The position numbers were made by a program, and so were the translations under genes. The notes beneath the pieces are model-generated. The model did no database searches. It saw only the letters and a program-made list of their open reading frames with translations, and was not told where the DNA came from. A stretch of DNA of 64,000 nucleotides. Source: Octopus bimaculoides (taxonomy: Eukaryota). Location of the stretch: NCBI RefSeq assembly GCF_001194135.2, contig NC_068983.1:66330249-66394248 (forward strand), given 5' to 3'. Each line of letters begins with the position of its first letter. The stretch's first letter is position 1. Of this stretch, positions 12,326 to 25,623 are shown one piece after another.

Positions 12326-14305
12326 ATGCCTTCTCCTCGTGATTTTCCTTCTCAAACTGATTCAATCCACTTTACCAATTAAAAATACTTCGTTTTTAAT
12401 TATTTGAAATTTCAAGTTGCATCCCTTGTTTTCCTTCACCAGAATTAGCCTTTGAAGATAATGATTCTTTTTTTTCCTCATATGAGTGTACTTTTAACAG
12501 ATCAAACATTATGTTGGATCACTAAATTAAGCCTGTTAGCCCTACTACATTTAACTTTACTTTAAAAACTTGGATTGATATTTTCCAGGGGCTAGAACCC
12601 ATATAAACCTAGTATGATTTTAAACTAATGTAACTATCAGTAATTAGAATACATTTGAATACCCCTTTGTTCATGGCATAATAGCAGTGGAGGTGTATAC
12701 TAAGTAACAGTTCATGAGTTAAGTCTGTATAGTTACACATGGTCATCAAGAGAGCTACGAAATTGATTAGATGTCAAAATATGAGATGTTTTGTTATTCT
12801 TACAGTTATGGTTTTTAGGAGTATTAACCTTGTCACTGGATACAAAATATTATTTAGTATTCACTATAGTTTACTGTTGCTATGCTGACTGCTATTTCTT
12901 GCATCAGCAATCCACAGTTGTTCATTGAAGAAGACAATGAAATCTATTGAGACTTTTGACAAACTTTTATTCTTTTTTTATACACAAGCAAAAGCCAAAT
13001 ACTGTTGTTACTATGAGCGACAGATATTGAGAGAGTTTTTTATGTTATTGTTCTTGATGTAATTGTAATAGTATTCAAAAAGGTAACTGCTAAGTGTTGT
13101 GTTGCAGTAGTTGGTAGTTCATTACGTTAATGTCAGCTTGGTTCAGCCACTGCCTGCATCTGTTCACTGTCCATCTGCCTTGTTATTTCATGCTCTTTCT
13201 GCTACTTCCCAAAGCTCTGTCTAGTAGTCATGGTTTGTCACTTTTATACAGATTGATGGCACAGAAAGAGGCATGCCAGAAGTTGAAATTGTTGCAGGAG
13301 CCTATTCCAAATGAGGTTATGCTCGGTCAGATTTTGCTGATCATGTGGGTAATATTCTAACGAATCGCAACATCAGGTAATTGCGGAATATTCTTGCCAT
13401 AGTTTCATCACCAGTTTTCATGAGATTCATATTCTTGGTTATGTAGATGATACAGACACCAAAGGCTTAGTGAATAAGAAAATCATTACTCTTATTTTAG
13501 AAATAATGGTTTGTAATTCAATTCTGGACTGGTACTAGGTACACATTCAAGAATAAAACACATAATGAAGATTGGAAAGCAAAATGATGAAAGTGTCATG
13601 CAAATGTAAATACTGAATAAAAAATATTCGTTTCTAAAGATGAGGTGAACATACAAAAATGATTATTGTATCAATAGAAGAAAAGTTTTTTTTTTCCTCA
13701 ATACTTGATAAGAATAAACTTGAAAAGTACAGAGATAAATTTTCTTATGTGTTATACTGAAGATTTTAATCCATAAACAGGTTTCACTTTTTTGAGCAAG
13801 ATAACTGTGTAAAACTCAGATATAGAATGAAATCTTGACATACAAAAGCGTTTTCAGATTCTACATACTTTTACTAAAGTTGAATATTGAACAGTCTTGT
13901 GTTTTTGCATCAACAGATAAAAAAAGCATCGTATTGGCATACATACAATACATATATATTTTACACCGATTTTCCTATGCTGGCATACAAAGAACAGATA
14001 CTTGAGGCAGTATTGTTGCTTACCCATATTTGTTTTTCAAGTAAGGGTTTTCTTTTTATTTCACAAAACATTAAAACAGTACAGCTACAGAATGTAGTGT
14101 TCACTGGGAATATAAACATGGTAAAACCATTTTTAGCTGAGGTGGTCTCATGTGAGGAAGTGAAAATGACAACTTCATGCACACACACATATACACATAC
14201 TTATAGATACACACAAACAAGCACACACACACACACACACACACATATCATACTCTTCATCATCATCAACATTTTAACATCTATTTTTCTATACTTGTAT
14301 GGGCT

Positions 14306-14342
<37 letters not shown>

Positions 14343-15632
14343 ATGCATGTGTATGAGTATAGGTGGGTGTATGTGTGTACAGAAAACATTTCTAAATATG
14401 TATAGGGATTGCCCTTTAAAATTTACATGTGTTTTAAAGTAAATGTTTTAAGCCAACACTGAGATTACTGACAAAAATATAAACAAATGTCTTGTAAATA
14501 TTTCTTTCACAAGCAAAATAGAAGGAGTTGACATGACATAGCTTGAAACCATTTTTTGGTTCTCTTAGGAAGCCATAAAACACAGATTAAGTACTATAAT
14601 GAACACATTTCAACCGTATACAAACAAGGATGGTCACTGCTTGAAAGTTTTTGATTATAGGTCCACTCCATCAGGATATAACAACAACCAGAGCATCATC
14701 CTCTTACCAGCCATTTATTGCCAGCAAAGGTCATGAGAACTGTATCCATTACTGGACCTGAGTTAAACTAATAAAGATACTGGTGATGCAGCACATGGTT
14801 AGAATCAATATCATGGAATTAATATGGATCTATTATGTGATCTTAGACAAATCTATACTCAAGAGTTATGTAAAACCTCATCACATACAATTATTAGTTT
14901 CAAATCTTAGCACAAGGCCAGCCATTTTGGGGTAGGGGTTAAGTCATTTATGTCAATCCCATTGTTCAACTGGTACTTATTTTATGGACCCTGAACGGAT
15001 GAAAGGCAATGTACAGATAGATGAAATGCCACTAAGCATTTTGACTAATATTCATGAAACTTTCCATACATGTTACACAAACATCCAGTTCAATAATAGG
15101 CTGATTGGATTCAGATAAAACACTATAATGTTCCCACCCCCAGGAGTGTTGGGCGAATTATATGATTCGATGAGAAGGTTACAAAAAATATTAGGCTGAC
15201 AGAAAGGTAGTAACAGAGAGAGAGGGTGACTTCTATTATTGAAGGCAAGAACAGCTGTAGGAATGGAATAGTAACATAGCTGTCGTATACACGTGACACT
15301 GCATACATACTTTCGTAAATATGTAGATATAACACACACACACACACACATACATATATATATATTTATATATATACATAAATGCATACATACATACATA
15401 TGATAACTATACACCATTATAAACTCGTGATTGCTTGTGTATACGTTTGTAAATGTGTGTGTGTGTATCACGTCCTATAACTGTTTGCCTCTCTACTTTT
15501 GTAGGGTCTTCCCTGTTGTTGTCACATATTGTGAGATTTTGAAATTACGTCAAACTTTCCAAATTCGGTGTATCGAAATAATTTTCAACTTTCAATCCAA
15601 TTTTGTTATGTTTCAGAAAAGTTTCAGAAAAA

Positions 15633-15677
15633 TGTTACTGAAGTTTAAAAGTTAATCAATTTTAAACTTCAGTAACA
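15633..15677. repeat. Perfect 18-bp hairpin with 9-nt loop
   Basis: tgttactgaagtttaaaa-gttaatcaa-ttttaaacttcagtaaca. Confidence 0.9.
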
Positions 15678-16071
15678 AGTTTAAAATTGTTAATGAATGT
15701 TACCTATTCAGAAAATAGAATTTGGAAGCTGGCATTTTCTGCATGATAGCATCTATCATGAAATGAAAGCAGAACCATTAAGAGAAGGAATTTTTATTAA
15801 ACAAATGAAAGCAAAACATTACGATGACTAAAGTTGTGAGAACTTATGATGGTTTAATGAATAAAACCATGTTAAATGGTCAAACAGACATGTAAATAAT
15901 TTAAAAAGGAAAATAAATCCTCAACGTAGTATTTTGGCAAAAAATTGCACAAATCTGTCCAGATTGAGAGGTCTATCTGTTGTAGAAGGGATGCTCTAAT
16001 ATGGAATGAATAAAAATTTATATAAGACATCCTATTGTAAAATTGCCTGGCAACAATGGGCTATTCAGCTA

Positions 16072-16091
<20 letters not shown>

Positions 16092-16113
<22 letters not shown>

Positions 16114-16593
16114 AAATAAGGATTCAGATAGAATCAGGTACTTGAAAAGGTATGCACCAGGTAGCCAGGTCAGGTTGAATTAGCATGTGGTTCCAGCCTA
16201 TGCTTGGTAAGTATCAAATAGGATATTCCAGTTGTGTACACAGAGAAAACCAACCCTATGAGCATTTAATGCCTAGGGGCTGGTCTAAATCAAGCGTTAC
16301 TTTGAATAGTATATTGTTTGTATACTCTATGGTGTCCAACAAGTTGTAAATCCCCTTGGTGTATTATAATCAAATGAATAATATATGATGGATAATTGTC
16401 AGCTCATTACAGCTGTTTCTTATGTATCAGGATCTATTCTTGGGATATTTTTTTGTTTGTAAAATTACTTTTCATTTGATGATTATGGTTTTTGGTAATA
16501 GAGTAATGTTCTCATTCTTCTATTTAAAATTATATGTAAGAAACAGCTGTAATGAGCTGACAATTATCCATTGTATGTTATTATTTGTTTTAT

Positions 16594-16600
<7 letters not shown>
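16092..16600. mobile_element. (TA)n-flanked repeat with a perfect 35-bp internal inverted repeat (possible Penelope-derived non-autonomous element)
   Basis: The arms 16388-16422 and 16537-16571 (atggataattgtcagctcattacagctgtttctta and its reverse complement) contain GAAACAGCTGTA, also seen in mutated form at 50.57 kb. Both sides are bounded by TA tracts. Confidence 0.5.
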
Positions 16601-16647
<47 letters not shown>

Positions 16648-16682
16648 TATATATATGTATGTATTCTCTCTCTTTTATTCTC

Positions 16683-17085
16683 TTACATGTTTCAGTCATT
16701 TGACTGCGGCCATGCTGGAGCACCGCCTTTTAGTCGAGCAAATTGACCCCAGGACTTATTCTTTGGAAGCCTAGTACTTATTCTATCAGTCTCTTTTGCC
16801 GAACCGCTAAGTTACGGGGACGTAAACACACGACCATCGGTTGTCAAGCGATGCTGGGGGAACAAACACAGACACACAAACATATACACATACATACATA
16901 TATATATATATATACATATATACGACGGGCTTCTTTCAGTTTCCGTCTACCAAATCCACTCACAAGGCTTTGGTCGGCCCGAGGCTATAGTAGAAGACAC
17001 TTGCCCAAGGTGCCACACAGTGAGAATGAACCCGGAACCATGTGGTTAGTAAGCAAGTTACTTACCACACAGCCACTCCTGTGCC
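16683..17085 (-). mobile_element. Full-length, young tRNA-derived CORE-type SINE (octopus OR-like)
   Basis: The minus strand begins ggcacaggagtggctgtgtggtaag...ccgggttcattctc (A/B-box-like head). It continues gcaccttgggcaagtgtcttctactatagcc (CORE-like), then an internal TA/CA microsatellite, and ends with the tail ...gactgaaacatgtaaga. Most CpGs are retained. Confidence 0.88.
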
Positions 17086-17629
17086 TATATATATATATAA
17101 TGATAATGTGGGCTTCAATGGAATCAGATCATTGTAAATCAACAGCAAAGCACATCACATTTTTGCTGGATAGTTTATTCTGAATATTCCAGGTAATTAA
17201 CCATTCAACTCAGTGGCCAATGAAGAGTTGAACAGTATTTCATTGGCATCAAGGCTTTTCTGAAAATGCAAGTATGAGTAAAAGGAATGACTGTCACATT
17301 TGATGTGGTATCATTTATAATAATAATAAGGATGAAACAAATGGCTATCAATGGTTATTACTACATATGTTTCCTTAGCAATTTTTATTTAAGACACAGT
17401 ATATTATATAACACAGAATTTAACAATATTCACCATCATGTAGTAATATGCAAGTTTGTGGTTTTATAAAGTGCCATTTCTTCGAGTAATATATATTTGA
17501 ATACGTTTTAGATGATATGTCGCTAAAAATTTAGTAACACATGACAATTCAGAGAGAGAAATGAAGCTAGTATGCTCTGTTGGGTGTGTTAGTGTGCAAG
17601 AGAAAATTTTAGTATAAGAGGAATTAGAT

Positions 17630-18310
17630 GTATCCCCTAGACCCCCCCTCTCCACAGCTCCTACACCTTGCACATCATCCCACTATTTCTGCTTTGTTCT
17701 CCTACCTGGGCCACTCCTATTTATCCCAACTTACCCCTCTACATACTGGTGTTTCCCATTATCTGCACTCCCACCCAAGTTCATTCACTAAATTAACCTC
17801 TGCTTCTCCCTATTAACTGTCCCCTCTTCATGCTTTTATGAAAGCATCCACTCTCTCATCCCCTTCCCAGACCCACTGTCCAAGTCCTCTCCTATACTAA
17901 CCCTCTTGTTCCTTGTGAGTTTGCTCTTGCACCCCACCACTATCTTCCTTTTATCTCCTTCAGCTATGTATCTCCTCTATAGCAAGATATCTGTTTGTTC
18001 CTTTATCGTAATTGAGCCTTTCAACACCTAACAAAGCCACTCACCTCCACCTACCTCTTTTTTCCCTTTCCTTTCTCCCATGTTCTTTTCTGTCTTGCAA
18101 ATTACATGGCAACTTCACTAATGCCAGGGTTAAATGAAAAAGCATCCAGTACACTTTGTAAAGTGGTTGGCATTAGGAAGGGCATCCATTCATAGGAATC
18201 ATGCCAAAGATGACACTGGAGCTCAACACAGCCCTGCAGCTCACTGGTTCCTTGTCAAACTGTCCAACTCATGCTAGTATGAAAAGCAAGCATTAAATCA
18301 TGATGATGGC
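17630..18310 (+). mobile_element. C-rich repeat joined to an RTE-tail SINE segment
   Basis: A pyrimidine-rich body is followed by gtaaagtggttggcattaggaagggcatcc...tcaaactgtccaactcatgctag...catgatgatg. A similar unit is at 45.06-45.38 kb. Confidence 0.6.
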
Positions 18311-18635
18311 GGCAGTGGTGATGGTGACTGTGGCGGTGATCGTGGTGGTCATGGTGGTCGAGGTGGCCATGGTGATGTACACACACACACACACAAATTT
18401 TGTAGGTACTGGTATGTACCAATAAGTTCAGATATACAGAGTGTATTTATATGAAGTAAGACAATATATAGTTGGTGTGATTTTTCTTCTTTATCACTTC
18501 TGCCAAGTGAATTTCTTATTTATCACTGTTACTGTTGGATTGGACTTTTACAAACATAGAATACACACAGTATAGTGCATAACTCTTATTGAAACTGACT
18601 AGGAAAGGCTGTCAGGTGGAATTGAATGCAATAAT

Positions 18636-18765
18636 GTGAAAAGGAGTTGCCAGGAGATTATGCTGGCTGTTAGAAAGCTTTGGTGTGGGGGAAAAAACTA
18701 TGCCATATGCAAAAAAACGTTAAAGATTGTAAAGTTTACAGTAGGAACAATACATAATAATAATG
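18636..18765 (+). pseudogene. Tc1-like transposase N-terminal HTH relic
   Basis: KRSCQEIMLAVRKLWCGGKNYAICKKTLKIVKFTVGTIH resembles the Tc1 paired-type HTH start (...G.SY..IAK.L.I.KSTV..II). Confidence 0.5.
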
Positions 18766-19479
18766 ATAAAATGAGGTCAAGTTCTCTTGAAGCTACTCCA
18801 GTAACTATTCTCACCTTGTTTTCTTGTGGCTTTGATAGCATGCTTGATGGAGAATGGCTCCTGAGTGTGTGGTCCAGTGTATAAACATGGCAAAATGTGC
18901 CAATAAATACAAAGTAAATACTTGAATAACCATTGCATTTACTTTTATTTATCCCATAATTTATCTCTCTTCAGAGGATTTTTTTTCTATGCTGTATGGG
19001 TTTTAAAACAGTTATTTTTTTACGCATGAAAGTTTGTAGAACTTTTTTCTTCCCATGAAAATTCTGTAGGGACATACCTTAATTTATATCATGGAAATCA
19101 ATAGGAAAACAGATTTCCTGTTACAGAATTTCATTTATGGTAAAGCTTCCAGGACTGTAAGCTACTGTATAAGAAGATAAAAAAGTCTTTGAACAGATTT
19201 ACTGCTCAATGTCAAATGTATCATACGTGAACATATGTAGGAATGGTCATCTGTATATACACAAACCCATGCATATACATACATGCATACATAATTATAT
19301 GTGTGCATGTATGGTGGTGTGTACATTCTCATGTATATGATCACCCATTGATAAATGTGTGCATGTCAGCATGGAAAACAGACATCAAAATGATGATGTT
19401 GATGCTATTGCTGATGATGATGATATTTATGTGTGTGTATCAATAATTTGTCTATACATGTAAGCAAATATATATATCT

Positions 19480-19550
<71 letters not shown>

Positions 19551-21319
19551 CATACATGCGTGTATGTATATATGTGTATATACGTGTGTATATATACATA
19601 TATTTATATATATAAACATATATACACAGACACAGACACACGCACATACACATATTCTTGTATGTAGTAAAGCAAAATGAGAGGAAAAGAGAGAGTGAGA
19701 GGGGCAAGGGAGTCTATAGGGGAGTATGCTTAGGTAACCAGATAATTACATATATACCTTATTCATCATGTGTATGACTTTCTATGCACATACTTAAGAC
19801 AATTTGATCCCACACTTACTAAGAGAGGAAATATGTATCAAAATTCAGAAGTAAAAGTTGCGAACAGATGAAATAACACCTAGAGGTTATTAGTTATTGA
19901 GACTGTATATCAGTATGAGCGATAAAAGAAAGACAAAGTACAGCAATATTGAAAGAAGGATAAACGAAATTTGGGAAATTTTCCTTCGCCCGAGATATAG
20001 TTATTTAATATGATAAGCTATAAATTCACTATCGATTCTTATCCACGCAAAACAGATAAAATAAAATAAACCAAGAAAAGCGTTCTGTACATTAAAACAC
20101 GTGCGTTAGACTAATTCTTCGTCTGTGTATTATAAATAATTACTACACATGTGCTGTTGTTTCAAGAACTGCGCAACACACCATCCCATTCCACTAGCGA
20201 TCGCTGCTTACTATCACACGAACTCAGGAATTACGCCTGTTAGTGTGACGTAAGTGCAGACTGTTTAATACACCTGCATACACACACACACATACACAAA
20301 CATTCTTATGGAGTGAACAATGGATATATAAAACATAATATATTACATAATATCGTTTATGTGTGCGTGTGTGTGTGTGTGTGTGTACACGGAACATTAA
20401 AATACTTGGAGGTTGAGAATTACGTATACATACATGCATACAAGGCGGTGCCCCAACATGACCGCAGTCTAATGACTGAAACAAGTAAAAGATGAGAGAC
20501 GGAAGATATATATATANNNNNNNNNNNNNNNNNNNNNNNNNNNNNNNNNNNNNNNNNNNNNNNNNNNNNNNNNNNNNNNNNNNNNNNNNNNNNATATACA
20601 CACACACACATGCACATACACACACATATATGCATTAAACATAGATATTTGGTGATTGCGTGTGTGCGTGTTTGTGAAATTATCAAGCTCCAAGTATTTT
20701 AATGTTTATCATCTGTTTTTATTTTAGAAGCATAGTCATATGTGTACCGATTAAAATTTACTTTTATCTTATGTTATTATCCTTGATGAATCCGTCTTCT
20801 TAACCACAAACCCGTTTCAGTTTCTGAAACACTCCTACGTGTTGCAACTTTACACCTGGATACAAAAGGAGCAGAAACTTTACTGTATGTAGGTTCGTGT
20901 CTACATAGACACGAGGCTACAGTTACAGCTTACGTACGAACTGGAGTCGACTAGTTCGATCCCAGAACTTTATCAACTCCGGAAAACTTATATGCGAAAT
21001 GAACCGAGGTACGATTTGAACTCGGTGCATATACAAATACCGTGGGAGATGTGTGTTGTGTTCTTGCGAGTGTGCCGCTGTGGCCCAGTTTACTCCCACC
21101 TTTATCATTTTTTGTAATGCCGTCGCTATGTCCAAATAGATTACTCCCAAATGAAAGGAACCAGTATATTACAGGATACAATTTATTGCCCTCTGTAGGT
21201 ATAAAAAGTAAAGTCGACAGCAGTGGAATTCGCATATCTCAGCGAAAAATAATAATTGTTTTAACTTTTGGCACAACGCTAGCAGTGTTAGGAGACGGAG
21301 GTTAGTCATTTACACTGAC

Positions 21320-21478
21320 AACAGTTCTTGACTGGTATTTGGTTTCACCGATCCCGAAAGGATGAAAGGCAAAGATGACCTCGGAGGGATTTGAACTCCC
21401 TTACAGCGTAAAAGAGCCAGAAAACTACTAAGCATTTTGTCCGACGTGCTAAACGATTCTGCCAGCTAACCGCCTTCC
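21320..21478 (-). mobile_element. tRNA-derived SINE (second family), diverged but CpG-retaining
   Basis: ccgatcccgaaaggatgaaaggcaaagatgacctcggagggatttgaactc...gtgctaaacgattctgccagctaaccgcc. Its reverse complement has an A-box-like tggcagaatcgtt and a B-box-like gagttcaaatcc. Further decayed same-orientation copies lie at ~20950-21030, 21150-21240 and 21500-21640. Confidence 0.8.
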
Positions 21479-22088
21479 AAATAGTAATAATAATAATTCA
21501 TAATTTTGGCTCACAGCCACAAATTTGAGGCGACAGGTGTATCTAATGAATATGCACAGGTATGCGATTGGTGCTTATCTTATCAACTTTGAAAAAGTTG
21601 GTTCAGGTAGAAATAGAACTCAAAATGTAACGTGAAGGCTCTAATTATTATCAGGCTTTTAATCCGATGCTCCACTGTATCAGTCACTGTAATCTCGGTT
21701 ATAATTTCCTTTGGTTATACATGGGATTTTTAATTTATAGGAGATGAGAAATTGCATGTTGTGACGTTCAAGAATATGCGGAGAAGATGAGTGTCGTACA
21801 GTGCTGGATTTAGATTTGGTGAGGCCATAAGCTGTATAAACATTCTATAAAAAAAATTACGTATATATATATATATATCCCTCAATTATTTTGAGGCTCC
21901 TACATTTTGCAATACCTTAAGTTGTAGTTTGTTTATTTCATACTCAAAAGCGGCACTGGGATGCAAAAATGATTTCAAGGTATAACCGAAACTGATTCGC
22001 GAACTTTTCTTTCACTGGAGTTTTGCATCAACTCAGCATCTCCCATCACTTTTTAACAGCGCAGTACTAATATTTTTGCGCCTTTTTC

Positions 22089-22089
<1 letters not shown>

Positions 22090-22172
<83 letters not shown>
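22090..22172. repeat. (TTA)n microsatellite
   Basis: Read directly. Confidence 0.95.
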
Positions 22173-22332
22173 TATTGACGCGTTAATTTCCACAAAGAAT
22201 TCTTTTCCAATTATATCTATAAAGAATTGCGTGTGTATGTGTGTGTGTGTTATAGGAGCGAGAAGTAAGCTTTAGAAAGAGAAAGAGTTACAAACTAAAA
22301 GTTTCGCTCGGATATTAAAAACTTTCAAAGCG

Positions 22333-22370
<38 letters not shown>

Positions 22371-23341
22371 TTCGGCTACATAAACTGTTGCTGCAGCACG
22401 GTTGTTTGTTTTTCGTGATGATGATGTTGATGTTGTACTTGTAAGCATTCACAAGCTTTACAGTAGTTGGTTTTAATATATCGATGTTTATTATTTGTTA
22501 TTATAAAACAAAGCAATCCAAAAAATTCCCAACATTTCGTTTTAACATTACCAGCTTAAGAGATTTCCTAACAACAAAAGCGAAAAGTAAGTTATTCTTT
22601 CGTTTTCTCTTCCCCGTGCTTTCCACACACACACACACACTTCACATCTGCATGCGCGTACACACCCACCCACACATATACACTACTTGATATTATTTGT
22701 ACCTGTATCTCACTTTCTTCCGTTTGTTCCTAATTCATTTTTCTGTCTTTCATCGTCTGGCTCTATATTTTCATTTTCATTTTAAAGCAACAGTCTTTTA
22801 TAAGTGGTGACTAAAACTGTCAGTATGTACGAATGTCCCTTTTCTTGAAAAAAACAATCAAAACAAAACAAAACATTGATTTAACACTATCTATTACGTG
22901 TGTATATATACTTATATATTTACGTATATGTAATGTGTGTATGTGAGGGTATAAATATTGTGTGGATTGATTTTTCGATTTCTTGAGATAAGTGATAGTT
23001 ACAGGAAAGAAAGAGTTTGTCCAGCTAATGCACCTTCGCAGAGTAGTACTGGTTACTTCTGTACTCTATCGATATTCTTGGTGCACTCCATCACATACAC
23101 ACACACACACACATTCTACATAAAATTGAATCCTCATTTTGGGTGTGTCACAACAACAATTACAACAACAGTAACGCAACTGTTGTTGTTTTACTTTAAA
23201 GCGTGAGAATATATTTTAAGAAATCGATTGACAGACCATTGTAAATAAAAGAGGAAAGAAAGAGAAAAAGTGTGCTTGAGTGAATGAGGAAAATCAATGA
23301 CTGACGGGGATGGGGAGGTTGTTGGAGGGATGTCTTGTTTT

Positions 23342-23412
<71 letters not shown>

Positions 23413-23558
23413 ATACATATATATATATACATATATATTTATACATATACACATATATACATACATATATATACACACACATATATACATATATATATAC
23501 ATACATACATAATATATATATATATATATGTGTGTGTGTGTATATACATATATATATA

Positions 23559-23646
<88 letters not shown>

Positions 23647-23723
23647 TATACATATATATATATATATACACATATATATATATACACACATATATATATA
23701 TACACACATATATATATACACAT

Positions 23724-23799
<76 letters not shown>

Positions 23800-23830
23800 G
23801 TATATACATACATACATACATACATACACC
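23342..23830. repeat. Long compound (TA)n/(TACA)n microsatellite
   Basis: Read directly. It generates the 150-213 aa YIYI pseudo-ORFs. Confidence 0.95.
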
Positions 23831-24599
23831 ATTTAATGTTCACTAGTTCTTTCAATTGAAGCTCCACGCACACACACGCATACAAACTCATCCATATGCA
23901 AAGATAAATAAATACCCGTTAATACAAATATGTACAAGTAGAAACGTGCACGCCTACAGAAAACATACTCGTACATACATACACACATATGAGAGAAAGA
24001 TGATACTCGAAGAAAAAAAGAACCCAATTAAGTAGGGGACACATGTCCGAAAGGATATTATAAATAGGCCCAAATATATGGAAATTCATGCTTTAACACA
24101 TTCCGTGATACATTTAGACATACAGACTTGTTGACATTAATACGCACTAACTTGTAAACATAAACACAGTCCAAGAAACACTAACGCAGTTACATGCTGT
24201 CACTAACGAACACACATACACATACTATCTTTTACCTATGTACATAAATACATACACTTGCATTAAGAGTGCTGCAGACAGACATACTGACAGTTACAGA
24301 CACGCACAAACACCGTCGAGTAATTTCTAAAACAATTGACTGATAACTACCGAAGTAAGCGGTCACTGCACTGTCGTTTATACTACTACGAAATAGGGTG
24401 AACTGCGATTACACTTCAATAGAAGTAGTGGTCACTACTGTTGTTGTTTAGCCTCAGATCGGCCTTGAACTCAGGAGTCCTGAGATCTAAGATCTTCTAG
24501 ATGTGACAGTCGTCGTTTTTCATTGTGACCGAATATAGATTGATTGTGTCGATGCAGAATACCACCAGTTTCCTCGGATTTCGGACTTTACCATAATGT

Positions 24600-24826
24600 A
24601 TCTTATTTCTTTATTGCACACAAGGGGCTAAACATAGAGGGGACAAACAAGAAGAGACAAGGGGATTAAGTCGATTACGTCGACCTCCGGTGCGTATCTG
24701 GTACTTAATTTATCGACCCCGAAAGGATGAAAGGCAAAGTAGACCTCGGCGGAATTTGAACTCAGAACGTAACAGCAGACGAAATAAATACCGCTAAGCA
24801 TTTCGCTCGGCGTGCTAACGTTTCTA
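24600..24826 (-). mobile_element. Young tRNA-derived SINE (second family)
   Basis: tttatcgaccccgaaaggatgaaaggcaaagtagacctcggcggaatttgaactcagaacg...cgctaagcatttcgctcggcgtgctaacg. CpG-decayed copies lie at ~14890-15050, 29595-29810, 37480-37710, 46190-46418, 48410-48640 and 55313-55506. Confidence 0.88.
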
Positions 24827-25623
24827 CCATATATCCAAAGTTACCTTATGCATGGAGACTGTCTTATATTTAAGTTGGTTCGAGCCTCCTGTTATTATTG
24901 GTGTTTTGTCTAACGTCTGGTCAACTTTGATAGGACAATTCAGTTTGTTCTTCAGACTTAGTATTCAGACCACATTATCTAATATTCCTTCCCATTTTTG
25001 AATATGGTGTTGTGTGATTTGAAGGAGATTTGGTTCCTATCTGCAGGTCAAGCTTCCTTCACTTACTTGTCAAGCTCTCAGTAGTCATACTTAGGAGTCC
25101 GTAGCCAGTGGACTATGCATTCACTTGTTAGAGTGATCTGTGTTGTATGATTGTGACTGATGAAGAATGATTAGTGCATTGTAATTGAGGTTGAGTTGGT
25201 GAAAAGTGATCTGGAGACAGAGGTTACTATCAGTGGACTGGTCAGATTGCTCTTCCAACTCACCAATAGCAAGTATTAGTGATTTTTTTGGCCCCATCTC
25301 CCTCTGTTACCAAGAAAACAAAAAGTGTTCACATCCATATAATTCTTTCTTTGACATGATAGTGGACAAATTTAAAAAGTTTAAACCCATTTTAATTTTA
25401 TTAAACATGCAAATTTGTCCACCTACTTTTTAATCTTTATAGCCCCACATTGCAAAACGCTGGATTAGACTATACTGAAGGTGGATTGATGAGTGTATTG
25501 CAGTCAGGTTCTTGAAAAGATCAGGTGTCAAACATGGACCTCAATCCAAGCTATTCATTTAGTAGACAGAGATAAATACAGATACTATATTCAGCTGCAG
25601 GTTACAGGTTATATACATGTATG

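Larger units (their letters stand above)
19900..24830. promoter_or_regulatory. CpG-retaining (putatively unmethylated) domain, candidate promoter region
   Basis: CpG dinucleotides are visibly frequent here, including inside old diverged SINE copies, whereas the flanks show TpG/CpA decay. Plus-strand gtaag donor-like sites cluster at ~22265, 22441 and 22587. Confidence 0.5.

Noticed and set aside
20940-20965. B-box-like agttcgatccc suggesting a tRNA gene
   Set aside because: No cloverleaf can be formed, and the context aligns with a decayed SINE on the opposite strand.
23191-23891. Overlapping 100-213 aa ORFs (also 9447-9945, 19405-19707, 49204-49704)
   Set aside because: They are pure di- or trinucleotide microsatellite read-through (YI, HT, CV, poly-N/T), open on both strands.
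25225-25320. VDWSDCSSNSPIASISDFFGP, a faint echo of the mariner WPxxSPDL motif
   Set aside because: It is too short and degenerate to support a call.
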